Notes under the pieces: model-generated
Database searches by the model: none
Told to the model about the DNA's origin: nothing
Seen by the model: the letters and a program-made list of their open reading frames with translations, nothing else
Position numbers and translations under genes: made by a program
Virus record (IMG/VR): IMGVR_UViG_3300033402_000018
Origin: a virus
Direction: 5' to 3' (one strand)
Length of the DNA stretch: 55,764 nucleotides
Shown: piece by piece, positions 1 through 9,219 of the stretch
Layout of the letters: every line of letters begins with the position of its first letter
Position numbering within the stretch: position 1 is the first letter of the stretch

Positions 1-29
1 GCACATTCAATGGCTGCTTTGGAGAAACG

Positions 30-233
30 ATGGACTGGAAAACCGAATGGACTCTTTTTAAGCGGGTCATGCTTTACTACATACGCTTGGGTTTGATCGC
101 CATCCCCTTCGGAATCATTTACGGCTTTGCGCACAGGGCACTTGGGCACCCCAGCAAACTTGCTTTGATCGTGTGTTTGGTTGGGGCGATCTTTTGCAAC
201 CAGTTAATTCAAGGTTTCCCGCCAAGGGAGTAA
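30..233 (+). CDS. small hypothetical membrane protein
   Basis: ORF of 67 aa containing two hydrophobic stretches; no recognisable motif. Confidence 0.3.
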   Translation: MDWKTEWTLFKRVMLYYIRLGLIAIPFGIIYGFAHRALGHPSKLALIVCLVGAIFCNQLIQGFPPRE

Positions 234-254
234 TAGAGTGGTGGAGGCCCCACC

Positions 255-584
255 ATGGCAAAGGCACAACTGAAGCGAACACCGTACATCACCCTGATCT
301 GCGCACCCGGAATCCCAACATCTGAACTCAAGGCGCTGAAAGCACACTGGCAAGAAGCCGAGCGCGACCCCAACTACTCCGTTGTGGTAAACTATGAATG
401 TGTCGTTTCGCTGATCGAGACACCCAAGGACACCAAGTTTGTGATCGTGGCTCCCGGCGTTCCGACAAGCGAGGTCACGGCGCTGAAGAAACAGTTTCGT
501 CAGGCGAAACGTGCGAAGAAGCAAGAAGATCGCATTGTCGTTGTAAATTACGAAGTGAGGATCGACGGTATCGGCTGGTACTGA
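255..584 (+). CDS. hypothetical protein with internal duplication
   Basis: Two copies of a ~50 aa unit (APGIPTSELKALK... / APGVPTSEVTALKK... each followed by VVNYE); ATGA overlap with next gene. Confidence 0.45.
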   Translation: MAKAQLKRTPYITLICAPGIPTSELKALKAHWQEAERDPNYSVVVNYECVVSLIETPKDTKFVIVAPGVPTSEVTALKKQFRQAKRAKKQEDRIVVVNYEVRIDGIGWY

Positions 585-856
585 TGAGAAAGTTTTTCAA
601 GAAAAAGAAATACTCGTGGGAAGGCGTTAAGCACGCGATCCCGATTGACCAAGACATCTGGGATCACACCCAGCAATACGTCAAGGATCAGATCGCGATC
701 ATGAAACGCCACGGTTCGGAGCCTGACCCGCCGCTGACTGAGGCGCAGTTCCAAGACCTCGTGTATGTGACGGCACGGTATCCGCAGCAAGTGAGAAATC
801 TTCGAAAGAAGTACGAGGCACCAGAAGATGCGACTTTGCGGGCCAACGCAGTATAA
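584..856 (+). CDS. hypothetical protein
   Basis: In-frame ATG (MRKFFKKKKYSW...) overlapping stop of upstream gene; long upstream part of ORF 398..856 overlaps the better ORF 255..584 and is trimmed. Confidence 0.4.
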   Translation: MRKFFKKKKYSWEGVKHAIPIDQDIWDHTQQYVKDQIAIMKRHGSEPDPPLTEAQFQDLVYVTARYPQQVRNLRKKYEAPEDATLRANAV

Positions 857-1457
857 CCGATTGCTTTCAGCGATCAAGTATTACGAGCAGTGCGGTTTCA
901 AATACATTGATGTGCCATGGACTGTCAGTGAAGAAGCCATGAACATTACGCGTCCGGCGTGGGCTGGTACGAATACGCTTATCTACACCGCTGGCGGCAA
1001 GCAGCATTGCCCCGTTGCTTCAGCCGAGCAATCATTTCTTCAAATGCAGTTGGACGCGCTTGATGGAAGTCTTGACAACCGAATTTCTGGCAGCTTTTGC
1101 ACACTAACACCATGCTTTCGCAATGAGCCTGTCATTGACGATCTTCACCAGCCGTATTTCATGAAGGTGGAGCTTATCAGTTGGGATAAGACAACCCGCG
1201 AAGACATGGACAAAATGATCGCTGGGGCGCGGTTATTTTTCGAAGAGCATCTTTGGATTGATTGTGTCTACAATACGGAGCCTGATCCTATCGGTGTTGT
1301 TGCCTATGATTTGGTGACCACGCACACAGGGATCGAGCTAGGGAGCTATGGCATTCGTGAGCATCCGAGAGTCGGACGCTGGGTTTACGGCACCGGATTA
1401 GCCGAACCGCGTTTTAGTCTCGCGCTTGAAAAAGAGCCGCAAAGTGAGACGGTATAA
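828..1457 (+). CDS. seryl-tRNA synthetase-like class II aminoacyl-tRNA synthetase catalytic core (minimal, no tRNA-binding arm)
   Basis: Motif-1-like GFKYIDVPWTV; motif-2-like CFRNEPVIDDLHQPYFMKVEL (compare SerRS CFRSE...HQFDKVE); motif-3-like YGTGLAEPRFSLALE (compare SerRS GSGLAVGRTLVAILE). Only 209 aa. Confidence 0.55.
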   Translation: MRLCGPTQYNRLLSAIKYYEQCGFKYIDVPWTVSEEAMNITRPAWAGTNTLIYTAGGKQHCPVASAEQSFLQMQLDALDGSLDNRISGSFCTLTPCFRNEPVIDDLHQPYFMKVELISWDKTTREDMDKMIAGARLFFEEHLWIDCVYNTEPDPIGVVAYDLVTTHTGIELGSYGIREHPRVGRWVYGTGLAEPRFSLALEKEPQSETV

Positions 1458-1479
1458 TCGACTTCTGTTTGCTTAATAT

Positions 1480-2190
1480 ATGGCTTGGTTTGACCAAATC
1501 TCGATGTCGCAAATTAGCCACAGACTGTTTGTCAGTGGTTACGCTCCTGCCGCTGAGTTGGCAAAGGAAAATCCTCATAAAATCACTGCCGTTCTCTGTG
1601 TCCATCAAGTCATGGACTACGACCAGAACCCCAACATCATCTACATGCACGTGCCATTTGACGACGGATCACCCATCCCGCCGCGTCAGTTTGTAAAGTG
1701 CCTTGGTTGGTTGAAGTTCATGTGGGAGAACGGGCACACAATTCTTGTCCATTGCGCCGCTGGCATCTCGCGATCAGTCACGATCATGGCGTCGTTCATG
1801 CACTACGAAGGCATTTGCGATTTTGAAACAGCACTTGACCGAATCCGCATGGCCCGTCCGGTCGCATCTCCTGCCGCAGCCGTATCGAACTCCGCAAAGC
1901 AGATGCTTGGCGTATATCCTTACGATGGCTCAATGGTGCCGGAGCATGAACGCACCATGCACGAACTTATCGAACGCGTGCAGAATCAACGCGCCGCACA
2001 TGCGCACCCGGATGAGAACTGCCCGATGCGCCAGTTTTTACTAGGCGATCAAGAAGACAACAGACCGCGCTACGAAATCCCATGCACCTGCGAGAAGCTG
2101 CTGAATCCAATAGAGTACGCGCAGCAGAAAGAAAAAAATATCATCGTTGTTGCTGATCCCGGCATCATACTAACAGATGACGAGGGGTGA
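1480..2190 (+). CDS. dual-specificity protein phosphatase
   Basis: Active-site HCAAGISRS (CX5R P-loop) preceded by a D-containing loop; 236 aa. Confidence 0.8.
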   Translation: MAWFDQISMSQISHRLFVSGYAPAAELAKENPHKITAVLCVHQVMDYDQNPNIIYMHVPFDDGSPIPPRQFVKCLGWLKFMWENGHTILVHCAAGISRSVTIMASFMHYEGICDFETALDRIRMARPVASPAAAVSNSAKQMLGVYPYDGSMVPEHERTMHELIERVQNQRAAHAHPDENCPMRQFLLGDQEDNRPRYEIPCTCEKLLNPIEYAQQKEKNIIVVADPGIILTDDEG

Positions 2191-2819
2191 GTATGGAGCG
2201 GGTCTTAAACGATGCCTTGGAGCTTGAAGGGATTGCCCAAGGGCACCAAGACGACATCCGTGCCTACCTCAAAATCCTGCGCAACCGGGATCAGTCAACC
2301 TACGAGCATTCCATTCGAGTAGGGATACTCGCCAGTAAGATTGCCATCTATGCCGCCAAGCCGGGGGTTAGCGCACGCATGATGCTGTGGGCTGGCTTCC
2401 TGCATGACATCGGCAAGGTGCTGGTGCCGCCCGGAGTTCTTACTAAGAAATCTCACTTTACCGCTGACGATTACGCCGCGATGGAGCCGCACGTCAAGTA
2501 CGGCTGGGACATGCTCACCGAAGTTCACGATTACACCGCACACATCCTCGTCCGGCATCACCAGTATGGCTCCAAGCCCTACCCTAAAGAACTGCCAGCG
2601 CTGCCGGAGCACCTACAGGCTCGCGCTGAAGTGGTGGACAATGCCGCACGCCTATTGGCGCTCGCGGACTACTACGATGCTCTCATGCACCGGAACAACG
2701 ACAAAAACGGTGCGAAGCCGCTATCCGGCAAAGAGAAGCGGGAAATCTACATGCGGGACAACGCCGATCAGAAAGACCTGATCGAGCTTCTTGAGTCCGT
2801 GGGTGTGCTAAAATTCTAG
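2187..2819 (+). CDS. HD-domain phosphohydrolase (HD-GYP-like)
   Basis: H...HD metal-binding motif (HSIRV...FLHDIGK) and downstream HHQYGSKPYP resembling the HHExxDGxGYP region; ATGA overlap with upstream gene. Confidence 0.65.
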   Translation: MSMERVLNDALELEGIAQGHQDDIRAYLKILRNRDQSTYEHSIRVGILASKIAIYAAKPGVSARMMLWAGFLHDIGKVLVPPGVLTKKSHFTADDYAAMEPHVKYGWDMLTEVHDYTAHILVRHHQYGSKPYPKELPALPEHLQARAEVVDNAARLLALADYYDALMHRNNDKNGAKPLSGKEKREIYMRDNADQKDLIELLESVGVLKF

Positions 2820-2826
2820 TAGACTC

Positions 2827-3384
2827 ATGAAAATCAAAGACTTAAAGCTACACGCTTTCTGGAAACGGTTTTTCCGCCGCCTTAGTAGGGGATTGGGCGT
2901 GCCGAAGAAGATTGCAGCGACAGAGGTAAAAGCACCGGGAAAATACGAAGCTGGTAAGCGGTACACCATCTTTCTCGCCGGAGCCATCGACCAAGGTAAA
3001 GCGGTGGACTGGCAGCAGAAAGTCGCCCGCGCTCTGGACGAACTGGACATTCTGATCCTGAATCCGCGCAGAGAGAATTGGGACCCAAGCTGGGATCAAT
3101 CCGCAGACAATCCTGAATTCAGGCAGCAGGTAAATTGGGAACTTGACGCACAGGCGGCCGCTGATATGGTGATTTTCGTGTTCACCAAGGACAGCAAGGC
3201 ACCGATCACGTTCTTGGAATTCGGTCTGTTCGCCCCAACCAAAGACGCCGTGGTCTGCGCTGAAGAAGGCTTCTACCGCAAGGGAAATCTTGACATCGTA
3301 GCTGAGCGCTACCACATTCCAATGTATGACAATTTGGATGAGATGATCGGTGACTTGAAGACGGTGCTTGGGGAGAAAGCATGA
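2827..3384 (+). CDS. nucleoside 2-deoxyribosyltransferase-like protein
   Basis: N-terminal YTIFLAGAIDQG Rossmann-like motif typical of the NDT/RCL family; 185 aa. Confidence 0.45.
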   Translation: MKIKDLKLHAFWKRFFRRLSRGLGVPKKIAATEVKAPGKYEAGKRYTIFLAGAIDQGKAVDWQQKVARALDELDILILNPRRENWDPSWDQSADNPEFRQQVNWELDAQAAADMVIFVFTKDSKAPITFLEFGLFAPTKDAVVCAEEGFYRKGNLDIVAERYHIPMYDNLDEMIGDLKTVLGEKA

Positions 3385-3716
3385 GCCAGACAGTTTACGT
3401 GCTAACGACCTTGATGGGGGAAAACCCGAAGCTGCCGAAAGAGTGGCGTCCTGTTGGCGTGGTAACAAGCCTCGACATCGCTGAGCAATGGGTCGCGCAC
3501 GGCGGGAACAACGATTGGATTCCGTTTGAGATTGACGATACCAGTTTGACCGGATTAAGCGACAACCCTTCAGTGTTTAAGCCCGCGCCGCCTACGCCGA
3601 ACGAAGAGAAGCTGGAAAAGGCCAACCAGCAATTGCAAGGCGTGATTCAGACGCTTCAGAAGCGACTCGAAAAGAAAAAGCCAAAGGCTTCCCTTTTGAA
3701 CAAGAAACGGAGATAA
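3381..3716 (+). CDS. hypothetical protein
   Basis: ORF of 111 aa with ATGA overlap; basic C-terminus. Confidence 0.4.
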   Translation: MSQTVYVLTTLMGENPKLPKEWRPVGVVTSLDIAEQWVAHGGNNDWIPFEIDDTSLTGLSDNPSVFKPAPPTPNEEKLEKANQQLQGVIQTLQKRLEKKKPKASLLNKKRR

Positions 3717-3722
3717 TAGGGT

Positions 3723-4046
3723 ATGGTCACATTGACACCCGGAGCGGTAAAGAAAGTCAAGGAAATCATGGAGCAGCAAGACCCGAAGCCAGCCGCACTG
3801 CGTCTTGGCGTTATTGGCGGCGGATGCTCCGGCTTTCAGTATTCTATGCAGTTCGAGAATGAGAAGGGCATGATGGACAAGTCCTTCGAGTTCGACGGTC
3901 TTACGTTGATCGTTGACGCTACATCGTACATGTATCTCGACGGCTGCGAAGTTGATTACCTTGAGACGCTCGAAGCCAGCGGCTTCAAGTTCAACAACCC
4001 GAACGTGAAAAGCACCTGTGGGTGCGGTCAGAGCTTCAACGCATGA
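3723..4046 (+). CDS. iscA: A-type Fe-S cluster carrier protein (IscA/ErpA/HesB family)
   Basis: 107 aa with conserved C at GGGCSGF and C-terminal CGCGQSF motif (three-Cys signature of IscA/ErpA). Confidence 0.85.
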   Translation: MVTLTPGAVKKVKEIMEQQDPKPAALRLGVIGGGCSGFQYSMQFENEKGMMDKSFEFDGLTLIVDATSYMYLDGCEVDYLETLEASGFKFNNPNVKSTCGCGQSFNA

Positions 4047-4219
4047 GCGAAGAGAATTTTGATTTCGCATTGGACTCATGGACTATCACGCCTGAAGAAG
4101 GCGAAAGAATTGCCCGTGATTTGCAACGACAGTATATCGAAGATCACATTAGGCAGTTCGGGGGCGTCACCCTGCTTTGCCTGCGGCCCAAGAAAGATGA
4201 AACCAATGATGGATTGTAA
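4043..4219 (+). CDS. small acidic hypothetical protein
   Basis: ATG overlapping the iscA stop (ATGA); 58 aa. Confidence 0.3.
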   Translation: MSEENFDFALDSWTITPEEGERIARDLQRQYIEDHIRQFGGVTLLCLRPKKDETNDGL

Positions 4220-4552
4220 ACCCAAGCCGAAGAGAGACGGTGGTAAGTCGGAACCGTCTTCGCGGCACGTTCCGCGACGATCCACCGAACTACGACAAGC
4301 CGATCTATGACCGTGATGGTAACCAGATCGGTGTGATTTATGATGCGCCTCCCGCGCCGGGGCCGAGCGGATTATCATGATTTGTTGCTCAATTTGTAAA
4401 GAAATGGTCGTATCTAGTGTTGAAGACCTCCGTTTGAGCGAAACGTTGGTCAGGATACAAGACCACTACAAGACGCATTCTTGGCTGCGACGTAAGCTTC
4501 ACAGGCTACAAACGTTGCCAGCGACATTGCGGCTGAAGAGATTTCAAAAAAC

Positions 4553-4969
4553 ATGTACTCTGAAAAAGTAATCGACCACTACAACAACCCGCGTAATGTT
4601 GGCTCGCTGGACAAAGCATCGCCAGACGTGGGGACAGGTCTGGTTGGTGCGCCGGAGTGCGGCGACGTAATGAAGCTTCAGATCAAGGTGGAAAACAATG
4701 TCATTGTTGACGCTAAGTTCAAAACTTTTGGCTGCGGCAGTGCTATTGCTTCTAGCTCGCTCGCGACTGAATGGGTTAAAGGCAAGACAACTGATGAAGC
4801 CCTCGCCATTAAAAACACCGAGATCGTCAAAGAACTCGCCCTCCCACCTGTAAAGATTCACTGTTCAGTGCTCGCCGAAGACGCGATTCGCGCCGCGATT
4901 GCTGACTGGAAAAAGAAGCAAGATGCCGAAAAAGCCAAAGAAGAAAAAGCCCATCACGAAGCGCGATAA
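4553..4969 (+). CDS. iscU: Fe-S cluster assembly scaffold protein IscU/NifU-like
   Basis: MYSEKVIDHYNNPRNVGSL, GAPECGDVMKL, FKTFGCGSAIASSS, LPPVKIHCSVLAEDAI: three conserved Cys plus LPPVK motif. Confidence 0.9.
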   Translation: MYSEKVIDHYNNPRNVGSLDKASPDVGTGLVGAPECGDVMKLQIKVENNVIVDAKFKTFGCGSAIASSSLATEWVKGKTTDEALAIKNTEIVKELALPPVKIHCSVLAEDAIRAAIADWKKKQDAEKAKEEKAHHEAR

Positions 4970-5116
4970 CTTCGACCGCAACTACATGCGCCACATTGTG
5001 GAAGAAGAGGAAGAAACGCTGTTCAAACTTCTGCAAGAAGACAAGCCCACCAAATCCTAATTTCTCCAGTATTAAAGCCTTTAGTAGGCGGTATTCCGCC
5101 TTCGAAAGGAACGACT

Positions 5117-5503
5117 ATGTACAAAAGACCCGAAAGAAAGCATAAACCGAACACAGAAAAGTGCCCGTTCTGCGACAAAGATTTCAAACCAATTGATCCG
5201 TGGCGCGAATCACAATGCGTGCTCAACAAGCCGCTCTGGATGGTGATCCCACCCGGCGGCGTCCATCTCGAATGCCCGGTTCACCCCGAGGGACATCATG
5301 TCTTCGGCAGCCCGGTCATCTACATGGATTCTCCTATCCGTGTTCGTGAGAACAACTTACCTGACCCGTTAAACGCGCCGTGGTGCGAGTACGACCGCAC
5401 GAAGTATTCAGGCGGCTGCACCTACGATCACGATTCCAGCAAGGATTTGACGTTCGATTCCACCAAACCCTTCGGAACCACGACAGGCTCGAATTGGCGG
5501 TAA
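5117..5503 (+). CDS. hypothetical protein
   Basis: 128 aa ORF, Cys/His-containing N-terminus (CPFCDK). Confidence 0.4.
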   Translation: MYKRPERKHKPNTEKCPFCDKDFKPIDPWRESQCVLNKPLWMVIPPGGVHLECPVHPEGHHVFGSPVIYMDSPIRVRENNLPDPLNAPWCEYDRTKYSGGCTYDHDSSKDLTFDSTKPFGTTTGSNWR

Positions 5504-5524
5504 TCTAGGAAAATTTGGTATTAG

Positions 5525-6106
5525 GTGGGCATGAGTCAATATGATCGTGTCTACCTAGACCAATGCTACGCACTCGCCAAGAACAGCACATGTGTGAAGG
5601 CCAAAGTTGGCGCTCAAGTGCGCGGACCCTACGGCGACATGTCTGACCACCTGCTAGGTCAAGGTTTTAACCAATCCCCCAATCCTGAGTTTGCTGACTG
5701 CGGCAAGCTGTGCGCCGGGGGCATCCGCTGCGGCATTAAGTCCGGTACTCGCGCTGAACTCTGTTACGCCGTCCACGCGGAGCAATACGCACTACTTCAG
5801 GCCGGATCGCTCGCGAAAGGGGCCACGATCTATGTCGCTTCCTACGATGACAAAGGCGAGAAACGCCTGAAGAACGCTGAACTCCCGCTGGGGCACCCGA
5901 TGCACGGTTTCTACTGTTCGGTGTGTGCTAGGCTCATCTGGGCTGCGGGAATCGCACGTGTAGTGACGGACGGTGTAAAGGGCCCGGTTGTTCTCAGCCT
6001 GAATGACATCTGGAAGACCTCTTACGGCGTGGCGGACAGTATTGACAAGAAGTACAAATCCTGCGGTTGCGAAGTAGGCAATTGCATCTGTGATATTGAG
6101 ACCTAA
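5525..6106 (+). CDS. cytidine/deoxycytidylate deaminase-fold zinc-binding protein
   Basis: CYAVHAEQYALLQAG (H-A-E zinc/catalytic motif) and downstream YCSVCARLI (PCxxC motif). Confidence 0.55.
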   Translation: MGMSQYDRVYLDQCYALAKNSTCVKAKVGAQVRGPYGDMSDHLLGQGFNQSPNPEFADCGKLCAGGIRCGIKSGTRAELCYAVHAEQYALLQAGSLAKGATIYVASYDDKGEKRLKNAELPLGHPMHGFYCSVCARLIWAAGIARVVTDGVKGPVVLSLNDIWKTSYGVADSIDKKYKSCGCEVGNCICDIET

Positions 6107-6639
6107 TGTCAAACCTCGCTGAACTCAAAGACCTGCCCAAAGAGCGGAAGAAGTATGTCGTTGGCTTCTTGATTGATCCCACGTTGTCTAAGGTGGTGCT
6201 CGTGCGTAAGAACCGACCTGACTATCAACGCGGTCTGCTCAACGGCGTGGGCGGGAAAGTCGGAGACACGATCCTAGACGAAACCACGGAAGAGGCGATG
6301 GCCCGTGAGTTCCAAGAAGAGACGGGTGGGGTTGATCTCAACTGGCGGCGGTTCTTGCACATGATGACACCCCGGTCAGACCTGACATTTTTCTACGCCA
6401 TCGGCAATGTTCACTGTGTCCGAACACAGACCGACGAAGAAGTAGCGGTGTATGACATTTCCGATGTGATGGATCGCTGCGATACGATGCCCAATGTTCG
6501 CTGGTGCATTCAGATGGCACGCTCTATTGAGTTCGGTGAGCACGCGGATTACTTTGAAGTGGCTGAGATTTTGGAGACAGACTTACCAGCGAATTTTCAT
6601 TTCATCCCGGATGCAGCGCTTGAAAAAGAAGACCTATGA
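6106..6639 (+). CDS. NUDIX hydrolase
   Basis: Nudix box GGKVGDTILDETTEEAMAREFQEETG (GX5EX7REUXEEXGU). Confidence 0.8.
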   Translation: MSNLAELKDLPKERKKYVVGFLIDPTLSKVVLVRKNRPDYQRGLLNGVGGKVGDTILDETTEEAMAREFQEETGGVDLNWRRFLHMMTPRSDLTFFYAIGNVHCVRTQTDEEVAVYDISDVMDRCDTMPNVRWCIQMARSIEFGEHADYFEVAEILETDLPANFHFIPDAALEKEDL

Positions 6640-7574
6640 ACATTGAATCGAAACTGATACTTGCCAGCAAGAGCGAAGCAACAGGCATCACCCTTTACAC
6701 GTTTGTGCTCACGTACCCACGTGTCATCCTAGCTGAAGTAAACACGCATCGAATGCTCAGCCGCAACACCGCGTCATCTCGCGCTATTCCAGCCAAGAAA
6801 CAGCGGGAACGCGTGCTTACTGATCCGTTCGTGCCTGTCACAATTGGGGCGAATCAGAAAGGGATGCAGGCTGGTGAAGAGCTTGACGGCTGGCGTCGGT
6901 TTGTTGCGATCAACACGTGGAAACTTGCACGCTACCCAATGGTAGCGGCGTCGTGGGTACTCGACAAGGTTGGTGCGCACAAGCAAGTTGTGAACCGCAT
7001 TGTGGAGCCGTGGACGTTCACGCAGCAAGTTGTGACTTGCACCGACCTGAAGAATGTCTTCAAACTGCGCAACCACAAAGATGCAGAGCCACACTTTCAA
7101 ATCATCGCGAAACAGATGCAGATGCAAGCAGAGTGGGCCGAGAAATGGTTTAACACCCTTTCGTGGAACTCGGAGAACGCGCTTGACCGTAGATTAGAAA
7201 TCAACAACCAACTTGGTGTTGGTACTCTTCAGGTGCTAAAGCCGGGGGAGTGGCACATGCCGTTTGTTGATGAGAAGGACATCACAGACACAATCCTGAA
7301 CTCCATGCTGCATGACAGCACTGACGAATCCCTGAAGAAAATCAGCACAGCACGCTGCGCACGTGTCAGCTACTTTCTACCGGAGAGCGGCAAAAGGTCT
7401 GACCCTAAGCGTGACGTAGAGCTTTGCAATAAACTGTCCGGCTCCGGTCATTGGAGTCCGTTCGAGCACGTAGCCACGCCGACAAAAGAAGCGGATTACA
7501 TTGGCAATTTTAAGGGCTGGAAGCAGTATCGTAAAGAGTATCCGCAAGAGTCTGGAGGGGACCGTGGGAATTGA
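6636..7574 (+). CDS. thyX: flavin-dependent thymidylate synthase ThyX-like
   Basis: HRMLSRNTASSRA matches the ThyX RHRxxSxxxxSxR signature; size 312 aa. Confidence 0.6.
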   Translation: MNIESKLILASKSEATGITLYTFVLTYPRVILAEVNTHRMLSRNTASSRAIPAKKQRERVLTDPFVPVTIGANQKGMQAGEELDGWRRFVAINTWKLARYPMVAASWVLDKVGAHKQVVNRIVEPWTFTQQVVTCTDLKNVFKLRNHKDAEPHFQIIAKQMQMQAEWAEKWFNTLSWNSENALDRRLEINNQLGVGTLQVLKPGEWHMPFVDEKDITDTILNSMLHDSTDESLKKISTARCARVSYFLPESGKRSDPKRDVELCNKLSGSGHWSPFEHVATPTKEADYIGNFKGWKQYRKEYPQESGGDRGN

Positions 7575-7608
7575 AGGCTGGGGCAGATCATTTGGGGCGA
7601 TTCAAGCG

Positions 7609-8094
7609 ATGGAGAAACGCCTTGCGAAGCAGCGCGAGTGGGACATCTACTACCTGAACATGGCCCGTTACGTCTCCACGAAGTCGAAGGACCCAAGCAC
7701 GCAAACCGGAGCGTGCATCGTGCGCCCGGACAACTCTTTGTGTTCCATTGGCTTCAACGGCTTCCCCAAAGGCATGAATGACGCCCCGGAGCTTTACGCC
7801 AACCGTGATGTAAAGTATTCTCGCACAGTGCATTGCGAAGTCAATGCCGAAATCTTCACCAGAGAAGACCTGAAGGGGTTTACGCTTTACACGTGGCCTT
7901 TCTCATCTTGCGACCGTTGCGCGGTGACGATGATTCAGGCGGGAATTGCACGTTTTGTGTTTCCAACCATGCCGCCAGAGAAGGCGTCCCGTTGGGCTGA
8001 AAACATGGCGATAGCGCAAGGCTACATGCGGGAAGCTGGGCGGGAAGTGGTTGAGATACCGTATGAACAGATTCCCAAGGTTGTGCTAGAATAA
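7609..8094 (+). CDS. dCMP deaminase (ComEB-like)
   Basis: HCEVNAE and SCDRCAVTMIQAGI motifs (HAE / PCxxC); start placed at first ATG after upstream stop (alternative GTG ~7563). Confidence 0.7.
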   Translation: MEKRLAKQREWDIYYLNMARYVSTKSKDPSTQTGACIVRPDNSLCSIGFNGFPKGMNDAPELYANRDVKYSRTVHCEVNAEIFTREDLKGFTLYTWPFSSCDRCAVTMIQAGIARFVFPTMPPEKASRWAENMAIAQGYMREAGREVVEIPYEQIPKVVLE

Positions 8095-8099
8095 ACGAT

Positions 8100-9131
8100 A
8101 TGGCTAAAAAACAGGTTCGAACAACGCGTAAGGAAGATAAGCCGAGACCGTACAAGGTCGATTATTTCGAAGAGAACGAAATGATCGACAACGACAAGGC
8201 GTTGGTCCGTAGCCGTGTCGTCCGCGCCGTTACGTCTGCGCAGGCGTCCAATCTTGTGATGCTCGAAGATGGGTGGGAATCGCGTAACCGATTTATTGTT
8301 CGTGCGTCTCGCTTTTATGGGGAGTTGAAACAAGCGCAGGAAAACAAGTACGTCCCCGTTGAAGACCTGTTCCCTGAAAAGAAGGCACTCGATGTCATGG
8401 CGAACATCGAGGTTATCCGCGCCGCCGCTAAATCCCGTACAGCCGCTCCCGTAGCGCCAGCCACTCCAGTTGCATCAAGCAACACGTGCCGCTGGCATGG
8501 CGATCAGTACCTTGATGCTTCAGGTCGTTGCACGCGTCTTGACCCATCCTTCATGTCTGCGGTGTGCGCTCCGTCTGTGCCTACGTCGGGGCCGGACAGT
8601 CAGGCAACCAAGGATGTCATGGCGGATTTCAATGGCATGATGTCTCATGACGAGCACGAACAGAGAATGGACAACTTCGTGCCGGACATCACGCCGGGAC
8701 TAAGAACTTCACAGTACCAAGCCGCAACGGGAAACAAGACTCCAATCGTTCGGACAGCGGACGGGCAACTTGGTGTGCTTACTCCGAGCCTTTCGTTCCC
8801 CGACAAGCCAGTGGTGCCTACACAGCCAGCCGTGTTTGACGGTGACGAGCACCACATTGATCTGGACGAGTGCGCACCAGTGATTCATCCCGCGCCGGAC
8901 GCGGGCTGTTCATGTGAGCCGCACGGCGAGACTGATCCAAGCTGTGTGGAACACGGCATTACAGCGCCGCCGATTGACACAACGGGTCAGGTGCTCACAT
9001 CTATGGGTACTTCGGCTCCATGGCAAACCCCGGACGACCCGCTCCCTACGTGGGCGAAGGTGCTCCTATTCGGGGGTGCGGCATTCTTCGCAGTGGTGAT
9101 AGCACTCGCAGTCCTGAAGTGTGGACATTAA
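8100..9131 (+). CDS. hypothetical membrane-anchored protein (Ala/Pro/Thr-rich, C-terminal TM helix)
   Basis: 343 aa; C-terminal LLFGGAAFFAVVIALAVL hydrophobic helix. Confidence 0.5.
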   Translation: MAKKQVRTTRKEDKPRPYKVDYFEENEMIDNDKALVRSRVVRAVTSAQASNLVMLEDGWESRNRFIVRASRFYGELKQAQENKYVPVEDLFPEKKALDVMANIEVIRAAAKSRTAAPVAPATPVASSNTCRWHGDQYLDASGRCTRLDPSFMSAVCAPSVPTSGPDSQATKDVMADFNGMMSHDEHEQRMDNFVPDITPGLRTSQYQAATGNKTPIVRTADGQLGVLTPSLSFPDKPVVPTQPAVFDGDEHHIDLDECAPVIHPAPDAGCSCEPHGETDPSCVEHGITAPPIDTTGQVLTSMGTSAPWQTPDDPLPTWAKVLLFGGAAFFAVVIALAVLKCGH

Positions 9132-9219
9132 ACAAGTGGGTCAATGACCACTTGTTCGAGTTGGTAATTGCGTTGTTGGTTTTGCCCGTGGTTATTGCGT
9201 ATCTTTTCGGTCATCACTG

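Noticed and set aside
398-856. 152-aa ORF
   Set aside because: Its N-terminal 60 aa overlap ORF 255..584 in another frame with no RBS; trimmed to the internal ATG at 584.
4219-4377. Possible small gene between iscA and iscU (HscB/IscX-like?)
   Set aside because: Only GTG-initiated fragments of about 47 aa with Pro/Gly-rich composition; no resemblance to IscX/HscB motifs.
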